Below are positions 1-12,400 of a DNA stretch of 64,000 nucleotides, in pieces. This DNA comes from Octopus sinensis (lineage: Eukaryota). The stretch's first letter is position 1; every line of letters starts with the position of its first letter. The DNA lies in assembly GCF_006345805.1 (NCBI RefSeq), contig NC_043000.1:30876001-30940000 (forward strand), read 5' to 3'. The translations under genes and the position numbers were made by a program. A model generated the notes under the pieces. It was not told where the DNA came from, made no database searches, and was given only the letters and a program-made list of their open reading frames with translations.

Positions 1-129
1 CGGAGTTTCAATGTATCCATGCCCAGGGAAGTAAGGCGTTTAGAATATAGCAAATGCCTGATGGAGGGTATTCTCTTATATAATGTACAGATATAAATAA
101 TGAATTATAGAAAGAAAGACTCATTATAT

Positions 130-390
130 TGAATCTTATTGATAATATTGAGTGAAAATAGGGGGTGCTGCAGTTCCACAGTCCCTATACATGAGCTGCC
201 ACTGATTTCCATGCACACAATATCTGATTCCTCTTGTATCCAGTTTTTCTCATTTGTATATGATCTCAGCACACCTCTTGTGCACTCACACTGGGTACAC
301 CAGACAAAGTTCCTACCGACTCCTTTAGAGCATATCAAGCATGGCCATTTTTTTGATGTCAGCAAAGTCCTGCCTTCCTTCTGTCTTTCT
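130..390 (-). mobile_element. RTE LINE ORF fragment (zinc-finger region of RT)
   Basis: ORF 105-365 KKWPCLICSKGVGRNFVWCTQC matches the RTE copy at 9410-13125. Confidence 0.8.
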
Positions 391-1639
391 TATAAATGTA
401 ATATATAAATATTTAACACATATGGGAATATGATAAACATTTACATAAAATATGTATATGCATGTGTGTTAAAAAGCACAAGAGAAATAAAAATACATCA
501 GAACAAAAAATAAAGAAATAATGGTGATATAAACTACAAGAATGTTAAAGAAATGGAAGATGAAAAGTTACAACTATAGCACCAAAAAGAGGGACAGTAT
601 CAAGAACAACAAGAATACCAGTCATTGAGGTGGGAGGCCAACAGTTTGTATCCTGTTATCATATAGCTCTCAATCACTGAGTCCACTTGACCATAAGTAA
701 TAGTATAATTTATTACTGTAAGCAGTAGTAGTACTATTAGCATGGGAGACAAACAATATAAGATGATGATGACATATATATGTAGGTATATAAGTGTGTG
801 TGGCTTTATATATCTATGTATATATATATATAGATAAAACTTACTTGGAAGTGGATGCGTGGCGTTTGATCATATAATAACAAAATAATAAATAAAACAT
901 ATGCATATATACATACATATATGTACATACCTACATCTATATGTATATATACATGCATATATTGGTACAGGACATAAAAAAAACGTGGAAGACAATGAGA
1001 AACGAAAACATAAGAACAAAACCATGGAAACGGACTTTTTTCAAACAACGAAAAAACAGAGTACAAGACATACAACACAAGGAATATTCCCCTTCTTCAG
1101 CTGCCCCTGCTTCGTCTACTCCATGTTTTGAAGGTAAGGGCAAAATATATATATGTATATATATATATATATATATATTTGTGTGAGTGTGTTAATATCT
1201 GTGTATATGTGAGACCAACACCATCTTTTAATGTCCATTTTCTAAGTTAGCATGGGTAGGATGGTTCAGCAAGATCTGGTAAGCTACAGGGTTGTGTTGA
1301 GCTCTGATGTCAGCTTTGGCATGGTTTCTATGCCCTTCCTAATGCTAACCAATATATATGAGAAGCAGAAGCAAAAAGAAAGAGATTTGCCAATGTGAGA
1401 AGCAAAAAGGAAGAGGTTTACCAATATTCTACAGTATGAGGTGTTCTGGAATGCAAGATATTCTTTTCTACTCTAGGCACAAGGTGCAAAATTTTGGGGG
1501 AGGGAGCCAATCGATTAGATCAACCCCAGTATGCAACTGGTACTTAATTTATCGACCTCAAAAGGATGAAAGGCAAAGTCAACCTCGGCGGAATTTGAAC
1601 TCAAAACAGATAAAATACTACTAAGTATTTCGACCTGTG

Positions 1640-2320
1640 TGCTAACGTTTTTGCTAGGTTGCTGCTCTGGAATACAAATTATTGCATCAGAGAAAGTATG
1701 GATGCATCCAGATTCTTTTCTATTCACCTTCCTGCTGGAAAATGGTTTGTTATGCACAAATCCAGCTCCTAACATACTTGCAGCAACAACAAGCCATTGC
1801 ACTTTTCAACTCCATGTTTTCTAATTACATCCCCATTTGGTAATTCTTGCCAACTTTAGCACTGAAGTCATCAAATATGAGGACTCAAAAGCACAAAGAA
1901 TTTTGCTCACAAACTCCTTTAGTGAAAGATAAAATGATGGTGCTTTCAGCCTAGAAATTATGAAATTCTTTACCCCACATGCTACACCAGCACCCTTCTA
2001 CTCTCCTTTTCCAATAAAACATAACCACCAGATTGTTCTATAAAGCAACCCACTTCAGAGAGTCTTGTTTCAGACAAGGCCATCACATGTTATATGGCTG
2101 CAGCTTCTATACTACTGATTTTCTTTTGAGGTGTGTTGAAGAGGAAACATAATATAAGGGGCAAATATTCCAAGAATCTTCAATCGTCCAAACTTTCTTG
2201 CAATAGCAAGGGCCCATGTTGTAGTGCCCTTGAAAACCTGCCCAGCTAGATCTTTTCACTATCCATTCCACATTTCTAATTGCCATTAGTCTATAAATTA
2301 TCACAAATTTTCATATAGTG
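1640..2320 (-). mobile_element. Degraded RTE/BovB-type LINE endonuclease fragment
   Basis: Minus-strand, frameshifted DDFSAKVG (GDFNAKVG-like) and LCITN...WMHP motifs typical of RTE-clade AP endonuclease. Confidence 0.5.
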
Positions 2321-2538
2321 TTTGGCGTTTATTGGCTAAGGACAGTCTTAGTATGCAACGCACTACAGAGTTATTACATACATACAATGGATTTTATATA
2401 GTCTCTATCAACCTAAAAATATATTGGTTAGACTCTTACCCAAGGTGGCACAGTAGGACTGAATCCAAATCGACAAGGTTAAGAAGCAAGCTTCTCTAAC
2501 ACAGAGCTGCACATATTTTCAGTCTCAAAACATATACC

Positions 2539-2774
2539 TATTTCTTTACTACCCACAAGGGGCTAAACACAGAGGGGACAAACAAGGAAAGACAAACGGA
2601 TTAAGTCGATTACATCAACCCCAGTGCGTAACTGGTACTTAATTTATCAACCCCGAAAGGATGAAAGGCAAAGTCGACCTCGGCGGAATTTGAACTCAGA
2701 ACTTAACGGCAGATGAAATACAGCTACACATTTCACCCAGCGTGCTAACGTTTCAGCTAGCTCGCTGCCTTCTT
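2539..2774 (-). mobile_element. tRNA-derived SINE, Nin-domain-like family
   Basis: Contains GACTTTGCCTTTCATCCTTTCGGGGT motif on the minus strand. 12-bp TSD AAAACATATACC (2527-2538 / 2775-2786). A partial copy lies at about 1500-1668. Confidence 0.85.
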
Positions 2775-3294
2775 AAAACATATACCACTAACAGAAATTA
2801 TTCAATACATCATCACCATTTAACATCCTTTTTCCATGCTGGCATGGATTGAACAGTTTGACAAGAGCTGCCTAGGCACCTTGTTTATTTCAGCATGGTT
2901 CCTATGTACTGGGTGCTTTTACGCAGTACCAGCATGGATGCCTTTACATGACACTGGTACAAGTGCTTTTGGTGTGGCACCAACACCCCCATGAACCCAC
3001 AAGATTAGGAATACTCAGCTGGAGAGGGAAGCAGAAGACAAGCTTGTATTCAAGGACAGCTGTGAGGAGTCTCAGTCCCTTGTCATCCTCTCTGAGAATC
3101 TAAAAGTCTGTAGATTCTTTCTCACCACTTCATCCCATGTTTTCCTGGGTCTACTCCTTCCATATGATGATGATGATGATGATGATGGTCGTCGTCGTCG
3201 TCATCATCATCACTAGCATGGGTTTGACTGAGGTCTGGCGAACAAGACTCCAATCTGATCTGGCAGAGTTTCTACAGCTAGATGCCCTTTAGAG

Positions 3295-4562
3295 ATCAGC
3301 ACCTCTTGATGCAACTGTCTTCATTCATACACATTACATGACTATACTAGCACAGTCTTCTCTCTTGCACACTACATCTGATGCCTCATGTACCCAGTTT
3401 TTCTCTCAAATCACAGTCTTTTGTATATGCAAACTGACATTACCCAACCAGCAGAGCATATTGGCTTCAATTCTTTCAAACCTTCAGATATTCTCACAGA
3501 AATGGATAAGACCAAAGTACTAGTAAGTAGAGAAGCTGACAAATTATCAAATCCATCAGGAAGATGGCCTTGTTCAATATGTAGAAAAGATATAGGTAGA
3601 AATTCCATACAGTGTACTCTGTGTCAGCTATGGTTACATAAGGTGTAATGGCACCACAGGAAGGTTAACAGAAAATAGTTTTAGTGCATGGCAGATGTGC
3701 AGGTACAATAAACATGAAAACATGAAGTATGTACAGGAAATAGACTTCCTCAAATGTCTGAGGGAATCCTTAGAAGTAGTAGATAGCTTCCATTACTCAG
3801 GCAATCAAGTAGTGGAGTCACATGGCCTAGTGGTTAGAGCAGCCGACTCGCAGTCAAGGGATCGCGGGTTTGAATCTCAGACCGGGTGATGTGTGTGTTT
3901 ATGAGCGAAACACCTAAGCTCCACGCGGCTCCAGCAGAAGGTAATGGCAAACTTCTGCTGACTCTTTTGCCACAACTTTCTCTCACTCTTTCCTCCTGCA
4001 TCTTGCAGCTCACCTGTAACGGACCGGCGTCTCGTCCAGGTGGGGAACCTATATGCCAGGGAAACCAGGAAACCGCCCCTTATGAGCCAGGCATGGCTCA
4101 AGAAGGAACAAGGCAATCAAGTTAGCAGTGGAAGCCGATGCTTTGAAAGTGTAGCTGCTAGAATAAGAACTGGCAAGGCAAAGCTCAAAGAGCTACTGCC
4201 TTTGTTGGTAACAATGGACCACACCCTCAAAGTGGAAGACCCATTGTATGATACCTGTGTATGGATAGCTAAGCTACATGGTAGCGAAACATGGGCTGTG
4301 ACTACAGAGGACATGTGAAGGCTTGAAATAAATGCAGTCACTGTGCACTGCTGGCTGTGCAATGTCCACGGGCAAGTATGGCAGAGTATAAATGTTTTAA
4401 AAGAAAAATTGGGTATAAGAGCCATCAGTTGTAGTGTGCAAGAAAGAAAACAGCACTAGAAGGGTCATGTGATGTGTATGGATGAGGACAGCTGGATGAA
4501 GAAGTGCTCATCTCTTATTGTAGAGGGTACCTATGGAAATGGTAGACCTAGAAATATATGGT
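3295..4562. mobile_element. Two abutting RTE fragments in opposite orientation (about 3295-3495 minus; about 3505-4562 plus)
   Basis: KTKVLVSR...WPCSICRKDIGRNSIQCTLC...SVAARIR...LHGSETWAVTTEDM on plus. 3' ORF segment (KLG-RCSVQERRL) on minus. Confidence 0.8.
3811..4110 (+). mobile_element. tRNA-derived SINE with V-domain-like core nested in RTE
   Basis: A box TGGCCTAGTGG (3823-3833), B box GGTTTGAATC (3867-3876), 12-bp TSD AGGCAATCAAGT (3799-3810 / 4111-4122). Confidence 0.8.
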
Positions 4563-5369
4563 TTCAAATCCTGCTGAGATCAACTTGCATTTTCAGAGCC
4601 AATAAAAAATACTGCTGACAGTGAAGCACTGGGATCAATTTAATTAATTAACCAACTCCCCTAAAATTTGAGGTATTGTGCCTATGTTAGACACATACAT
4701 AACTAACTAACCAAATGTCTGGGGGACAATATATATGTAAAAATTAACACTTCCTTCTCCAAGCCTAGGTTCAAAACCGAATCTAAGAATTCTCGGTCGT
4801 CCAAACCACAACGATCAACAAGCGCGGGAAAAGGTTTTCTTTGTCCTATCAAAAACTGATTGATCATCTCCCTTTGACCTCAGCCATGTCAGGCGAAGTT
4901 CAAATGGACAGGAGCTGACCTATTTAGGTACAAACTCTGCTGCAGTATGTCTGTCTTTCTAGCTGCCACGATTATTATAAATACGCTGGTTGACAGAGAC
5001 CAGGGAGGAGAGGAAATCCCTGCAGGCATCGAGGAAGGTCGACCACACAACAGGGTTTGAATGACTGCACAGAATGTTCGAAGTGTCATGATAGACTACT
5101 GTCTCAAATCATCTATGCACACACACAAACATATTCATTCCTGATATATGACTTCCACAAATGTACCCTGTTTATATTTCTAGCAACTCGTAGCAGTTGT
5201 CAACATTTGGTATGTAGTGAAGAATTAAGTGTACCTATAAGAAATCAAGTCCAGTGAATAAATTATTTTTAATTATGGATCAGTTCACGCATTTGTTTAC
5301 TTTAAAGACATACACATTCCATTTGCATCTGTTTTCCTTCATACACACCTAACCACGACATATATGATA

Positions 5370-8300
5370 TAATGAACTTGTATACAATGCTCAGGTGCTC
5401 TACAACTCACCAGGAAAAGTAACCCAAACTGTATGAACAGTACATGGATTATGCACAGGAAGTAAATAGTGAATGGGTCTTCAAAAAAGAAGAAATAGAG
5501 ATGGGTAGCCTTCAGGTGTTCTGTTGGCAAATTTTAGAAAGCATGAAAGTTTTGAAGGATGTCTCAACAGCTAACAAGTGATGCAGGTAGTTTATTCCAT
5601 ACTTCAGCAATTCTGTGCATGAAAAAATGTTTCCAAAAGTGACAGGTGCTGTGATTGCTTTTTGATTTTGTAAACATATCCACCAGTGTTATACATAAGG
5701 AATTCAAAAAGGTGCCCAAGGTTGTCATTATAGAAATGGCGGATAATCTTGTAGGAGTCTACTGTGTAGGTTGTCATATATTGTGTGCATCTCCAGGGAA
5801 GAAAGCTGTTCAGAGCATGGTAGATCCTGATGGTGGATGTTTGTCTGGTCACACATTTCAGAACAGTTCCCAGGAGACTGGTATTCTGAGCAAGATGGGG
5901 GTTCCAGACTGGTAATGCAAACTCTAAGAGTGGATGTACCATAGTCATATACAGCTTTAAATAGATGGCTGGAGAGCAGCTGATAAAGGTCTTATTGAAT
6001 GATGCTAAGACACTCTCAGCTTTCTTGACAATCTTAGAGATGTGGTTTGTTCAATGCGGATCACTCATCATCATCATCGTTTAACGTCCGCTTTCCATGC
6101 TAGCATGGGTTGGACGAATGACTGACGGCTGGCGAACCAGATGGCTGCGCCAGGCTCCAATCTTGATCTGGTAGAGTTTCTACAGCTGGATGCCCTTCCT
6201 AATGCCAACCACTTTGAGAGTGTAGTGGGTGCTTTTTACGTGCCACCAGCATGGGGGCCAGTCAGGCGGCACTGGCAATGACCTCGCTCAAATCTTTTAT
6301 ACATGCCACCGGCATGGATGCCAGTAAGGCAATGCTGGTAATGATCACGCTCGAATGGTGTCTTTTATGTGCCACCGGCACGGAGGCCAGATAGCCGCTC
6401 TGGCAACGATCACTGTTGACAATAATACCTAGGACACATTTACTCACAGACTTCTTAAGATTGGTGCTGTTGAGGAAGCAAGTAAAAGCTGGTTTTTCTT
6501 CCCAAAATGCATGATGAAGCACTTGTCCACAGCCAGATTCAGTTGCCAGGTGGTAATCCATTGTTGCATTGTATCCAGGTCTGATTGCAGGAAAGATCTA
6601 TAGCATATAGGATATTCTTTTTATCTCAGATATGTCATCTGCCTATTTCAATACTAATATATGCGACAAACAACAGGGGTCCAAGAACAGGTCCCTCTGA
6701 TACATGAGATGTCATCTCATAGGGTGAAGAATGATGCCCTAGAACCATGACTACCCCTTTTCAACCAAGAATGAAGAACTTTAACCAGTTTTGCTATGAA
6801 TCATTTGTGTGGCACAGAATTGAATGCTTTAGCAAAGTCAAGATAGATAACATCAGGTGATGTCCTCAAGAAACTTGATGAGTTGGCTATAGCAGCTGGA
6901 GTTGGGGATAAATCCAAATTGTGAAGGGCAAATAAGGCTGTGAGAGCTCAAGAAGGTCCAGAATGTTTCTCTAGCACAGGACCCCATCAGTTTGGCGATG
7001 CGGCTAGTAATACTGACTAGATGGTAGTTAACAGGTGATGTACAATCAACCTTTTTAAATAGGGAATGACACTGACAATTTCCCACTGCTCTGGGGTGAC
7101 ACAGTTATTAAGCAAGAATTGGAAGAAGAATGAAAGCTGGTACAAAAGAAAGAACCCACAACATTTGAGAAGCAGATAAGTAACACTATCAAGACCAGGA
7201 GAGGCATAGTTATGCTTATTCTTGGGGTGGTGTTGCAGCATTGCAGGTGTAAATTTCACAGATGTTATAGAATTTGGTGTCAGAGGTTTTGAAGATGGTA
7301 TATTTGGATTTTCAACAGTAAAGATGCCAACATAGTATTCAGCAATAAGTTCTACACATTCTTTGGGATCATCAGTAATCTGATCTGTGTAGGGATTGCA
7401 AAGAGAGCCCTGCTTTGAATGTACATATTTCCAGAACACTTTGCAGTCAGGGTTAGTTGCTATACGTTATTCAAATTCAGGCACTGCTCATTTTTTATAA
7501 CTTGCTTGAGATAGTTGGGTGATCTATTGTGATTTTTATTCTTCTCTGTTCTATGTAATCTATATTTCTGCTTAGCATCACATTCTTTCTTGGCAAGTTG
7601 AACTGTGGCAATCTCCCAAATTGGGAATTACAACCGTGTTTCATGGTCTGCTACTACAACAGCTCCTTTATAGGATCCAGTTAGCTCAAGCCATCATCAG
7701 GAGGAACCACGTCCAGTTTCGGCCCCTACTCCTCTACCATTTTGACATGGCGGGCCTTCCCCCCACCCATTTCGGAGGTGTCTTCAGCTCTGGTGTTGGG
7801 TGCATGTCTTCTTTCTTCTGTTTCCTGGCCTCTTTGATGTATCGTCAGTGAGTGTCAGCCGGTGACTGACTTGTCAAATTTTTCCCTTTAAATACCTGCC
7901 ACTAGGCTCCAGCAGGCAGCCCCAGCAAGTTGTCACGTGACACTGTCTCACCTTAACTGACCAGTGAAGGCATGTAGTCTTAGCCCACGCATTCTCTAAA
8001 CGACCGTCACCTGTCAGTCAGCGAAGCTGATTTAGTGTCAGCTTGTCTCACCTAGTGATGTTATTTCCCGCCGGCATGTTATGACTTTCAAGCCATTTTC
8101 GGTCTTCCCGCTTCAGCCATATATATTGGTATTTTTTAAGTGGTTCCATGATACTGATGTTTTACGTGGCCCACAATGAACTGAGGATGTTCTGAAGTGC
8201 AGTATTGATATCTGTGGAATTGTAAAATTCAAACCAGTTTGGGCATTGCAACTCAGTATGGCAGCAGTTCTAGTCTGCTTTGTTCCAGTCAAAGCAAGCA

Positions 8301-8770
8301 GTTTGGTGCTGGTGATGCTTCTTGTTTCTGCCCATAAGAGACAGATTGGCAATGGTCATAGCATGATTAGAGTTGCCTGAAGGTTCCTTGGTAGTGACAC
8401 TGATAAATGTTTCAGGAGTAGTGGTAAAGAACAGATCCAAAGAGTTGTTACCATTTTGTGGGGGAGGCGACTACTTGGGACCAACTTCAATCCAGTGCTA
8501 CAACAAAGAAATCATTTGCTCTTTGTGGCCAATGAAAGGTTTTCCAATCGATCTCAGTTCAGATAGATTAGTTGAGGACACCAGCAATAAAAACTGTGGT
8601 GTTAGTAGTGTTATAGGCTGTGATGGAGCTATGTGGTGTTGGTGGAGGGGATGGCAGATGAGGTGGATGGAAGTAAGGCTTGCAGGGGCCGGCGGAAAAG
8701 TGAAAGGGGCATGCATGGGCAGGAAGCTCATGTGGTCAGTTTGGGCAAAGACAGCATAGAGACAAGAAGT
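5370..8770 (-). mobile_element. Degraded CR1-clade LINE (endonuclease, RT, 3'UTR) interrupted by later insertions
   Basis: Minus-strand remnants NNSLDLFFTT...SNH (EN), FWKYV, PGLDS, SQFGF (RT) and HPLLEFALPVWNPHL...NTGG (RT C-terminus). The 3'UTR recurs at about 37245-37490. Confidence 0.8.
6066..6415 (-). repeat. 5'-truncated RTE 3'UTR copy (inside CR1)
   Basis: (CAT)n-TTTAACGTCC...GATGCCCTTCC...GTGCCACCGGCAC matches 12539-13125. Confidence 0.85.
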
Positions 8771-9002
8771 GTTTAATTCGTGAGAGTGACCACTGATTCC
8801 GCTGAGGCCAACAGGTAAGGCCTTTTGTATTTCTTTCTCCCGTTTGCTTCTTTTTTTCTGTTGTCCTTTTCCACCATCACACTACAAAAACATAAATGGC
8901 TATTTTCCTAGATGCAGTTCTGAAGATGTCAAAAAGCTGTGTTTTGATAGTAATTTGGTGGGTGGTAGAAAAATAGCAGCATTAACATGTTTATGCATAT
9001 AT

Positions 9003-9173
9003 GGCGCAGGAGTGGCTGTGTGGTAAGTAGCTTGCTAACCAACCACATGGTTCCGGGTTCAGTCCCACTGCGTGGCATCTTGGGCAAGTGTCTTCTGCTA
9101 TAGCCCCGGGCCGACCAATGCCTTGTGAGTGGATTTGGTAGACGGAAACTGAAAGAAGCCTGTCGTATATATG

Positions 9174-9208
<35 letters not shown>

Positions 9209-9400
9209 TTGTGTGTCTGTGTTTGTCCCCCTAGTATTGCTTGACAACCAATGCTGGTGTGTTCAATTAGCGGTTCGGCAAAAGAGACCGATAGAATATG
9301 TACTGGGCTTACAAAGAATAAGTCCCGGGGTCGATTTGCTCGACTAAAGGCGGTGCTCCAGCATGGCCGCAGTCAAATGACTGAAACAAGTAAAAGAGTA
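9003..9400 (+). mobile_element. tRNA-derived CORE-like SINE with internal (TA/TG)n
   Basis: tRNA-like head (GGCTGTGTGGTAAG...GGTTCAGTCCC) followed by CTTGGGCAAGTGTCTT core. Near-identical inverted copy at 30938-31316. Confidence 0.8.
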
Positions 9401-9409
9401 TGACAAAAG

Positions 9410-12400
9410 AATACTTCTTGTGATTTGTCGAGCTTTAGCCAGAGTCCTCACAGGCAAAGCACATAGATATAAACTCTTCTGGGAAGGTAATAGTGGTGGA
9501 AAAGGCAGTGAGTTGGCAGAATCGTTAGCATGCCGGGCGAAATACGTAGCCGTATTTTGTCTGCCGTTACGTTCTGAGTTCAAATTCCACCGAGGTCGAC
9601 TTTGCCTTTCATCCTTTCGGGGTCGATAAATTAAGTACCAGCTACACACTGGCGTCGATGTAATAGACTTAATCCATTTGTCTGTCCTTGTTTGTCCCCT
9701 CTGTGTTTAGCCCCTTGTGAGTAATAAAGAAATAGGTAATAGTGATGGAATAATGGGTGTGGGCATACTTCTTGCAGAGAAATGGATGGATAAGGTCATA
9801 GAGGTAGTGAGGGTGTACGATAGAGTACTTAAACTCAGGATAGTCTTGCAGAATGGTATAGCTACAATTATCTCTGCCGGGTCACTTTTAAGATATTCTT
9901 CTGCAGGATACCTCAAAGATGAGTGACAATGATCTCATCTTTGTGGCTGGGGATTTTAATGGGCATGTTGGACAGCAACCTGGTATCTTCCATGATGGAC
10001 ATAGGGGTCATGGAGTTGGTACCAGAAATGAAGAGAGAACTAAGCTCCTGGAGTTCTGCGATGCAAATTATTAACCTGCAACACAAACTTCAGGAAGTCA
10101 GCCAGCTACCTGATAACCTATCAATCAGGTGACTCTGCTACCCAGATTGATTTCATTCTCACCAGACAGCGGGATGCATAGTTGCTCTTAAATACAAAGA
10201 CCCTCCCCTAACATAGACTACTCATCAGTGAATTTAGACTCAAGGCCAGAAGGATGCCAAAATGCAGACCAATCAGGAAAAGAAAGTCTTGGAAGCTTAA
10301 GAACCCTTCACATGGTCAGAGATTTAGGGATATCCTTACCAGGAAATTTGATGATAGGGAGGAGCTATAGTCCTGTGATGTAGAAGGCAGCTGGGAACTC
10401 CTGCAAGACAGCTTGCTGAGTGCCATAGACTAAATCTATGGCTGGTGCAAAGTCCCTTCCAGAACTAGTGCAACGTGGTGGTGGAATAATTCTGTAGACA
10501 GAGCCATTAAAGCAAAGAAACAGGCCTGGAAGGCATGGAAGAGTGGCGGTAGTAAGAGAATGTATCCGACAACCAAAAGGGAAGCTAGGAGACATGTATA
10601 TATGGGTAAAGAAGAAATAGAAAACAACAAGTTTGCCAATGTTCAGCAATGTGAGGACCAAAGGACTGAAGTATTTCAGAATGCAAGACAGTGTGTGAGA
10701 GAGAAAATGATGATGTCATAGGAGAGAAATGTGTCCACATGGACGATGGTGCCATTGCGTTTAATAATTCTGCAAAGAAAGAGGCTTGGAGAAGCCATTA
10801 TGAAAAACTGCTGAATGTGGAGAATGAATGGGAGGAGGAGAGTCTGCCAAAGGTTGACCCAATTGAGAGACCAGCTACCCAAATCAATAGCACCCTGGTA
10901 GATATGCAATTAAGGATATGAAGACAGTGAAAGCACCTGGCCCATCAGGAATCACTGCTGAGATGCTTTAAATATCAGGCAGTGTGGGCTATGGTCTTGT
11001 CACCTGCATTGTAAATCAGGTAGTTCATGAAGGGATCACACCCAATGACTGGTGTAGCAGCATCATAATCAGCTGCTACAAAGGTAAAGGTGATGCTTTA
11101 GATAGAAATAATTACAGGGGTATCAAATTATTGGATCAGGTGATGAAAGTTACAGAAAGGGTCATAGCCCAACTAGTTAGGGAGAAAGTTAGTTTACATG
11201 AGATGTAGTTTGGTTTTGTACCAAGCAGAAGCACCACTGATGCTATATTTCTGGTAAGGCAACTGCAAGAGAAATATCTAGCCAAAGATAAACCTCTGTA
11301 CCATTGACATGGAGAAAGCCGTTGATAGGGTCCCCCGATCCCTTATCTGGTGGTCAATGAGGAAACTAGGGATAGATGAATGGTTAGTAAGACCTGTGCA
11401 AGCCATGTACAGGGATGCTGTCAGTAAGGTGAGGGTTGGCAATGAGTACAGTGAAGAATTCTGGATAGAGGTAGGGGTTCACCAAGGTTCAGTCCTCAGC
11501 CCCCTCCTATTTATTATAGTCCTCAAGGCAATAACAGAGGAATTCAGGACTGGATGCCCCTGGGAGCTCCTCTATGCTGACGACCTTGCTCTAATTGCTA
11601 AGTCACTATCAGAACTAAAGGAGAAGTTTCAGATGTGGAAGCAAGGATTAGAATCGAAGGGCCTTACAGTCAACCTAGCTAAAACCAAAGTCCTAATAAG
11701 TAGGAAGGCAGTCAAACCACAAATCCCTTCAGGTAGATGGCTCTGCTCAATCTGTAGAAAAGGCATAGGTAGAAACTTTATAAGATGTACCCAGTGTAAG
11801 CTATGGACACATAAGAGGGGCAGCAATATCAAAGGAAGGCTAACTGGGAAGATAGATTTTGTATGTGGCAGATGCTCAGGAGCAATAAACACTGAAAATG
11901 CTCAGAGACCAACTTCTGCCACATTCCAGGGAGAAAAACTACAAGTAGTTGATAGCTTCCGTTACCTAGGTAACCAAGTCAGTAGTGGGGGAGGGTGCGC
12001 TGAAAGTGTAGCTGCTAGAATAAGAATAGCCTGGGTAAAGTTCAGAGAGCTCCAACCTCTGCTGGTGACAAAGGGCCTCTCGCTCAGAGTAAAAGGTAGA
12101 CTGTATGACACATGTGTATGAACAGCCATGTTACATGGCAGTGAAACATGGGCCGTGACTGCAGAGGATATGTGTAAGCTTGCAAGAAATGAAGCCAGTA
12201 TGCTCCGATGGATGTGTAATGTCAGTGTCCATACCCGACAGAGTGTAAGTACCTTGAGAGAAAAGTTGGACCTAAGAAGCATCAGATGTGGTGTGCAAGA
12301 GAAACGACTGCACTGGTATGGCCATGTGGTGAGAATGGATGTGGATAGCTGTGTGAAAAAGTTCCACACCGTAGCAGTTGAGGGAACCTGTGGAAGAGGT

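Noticed and set aside
960-1140. Open frame ending in GAAG|GTAAGG, like an exon of another gene; minus strand also has CTGAAGAAGG and a CCTTCAAAAC GAAA-like remnant
   Set aside because: No protein similarity recognised and no partner exons. It looks like a Penelope-type terminal repeat, but the hammerhead parts are in the wrong order and lack stem I.
3811-3890. tRNA-like sequences here and at the heads of the Nin-like and CORE-like repeats
   Set aside because: A and B boxes are present but there is no complete cloverleaf, and they continue into SINE bodies with TSDs.
7680-7725. Minus-strand GGCC-GAAAC...CTGATGA-TGGC, a possible type-II hammerhead
   Set aside because: Only 4 nt lie between the possible cleavage triplet and CTGATGA, so stem I cannot form.
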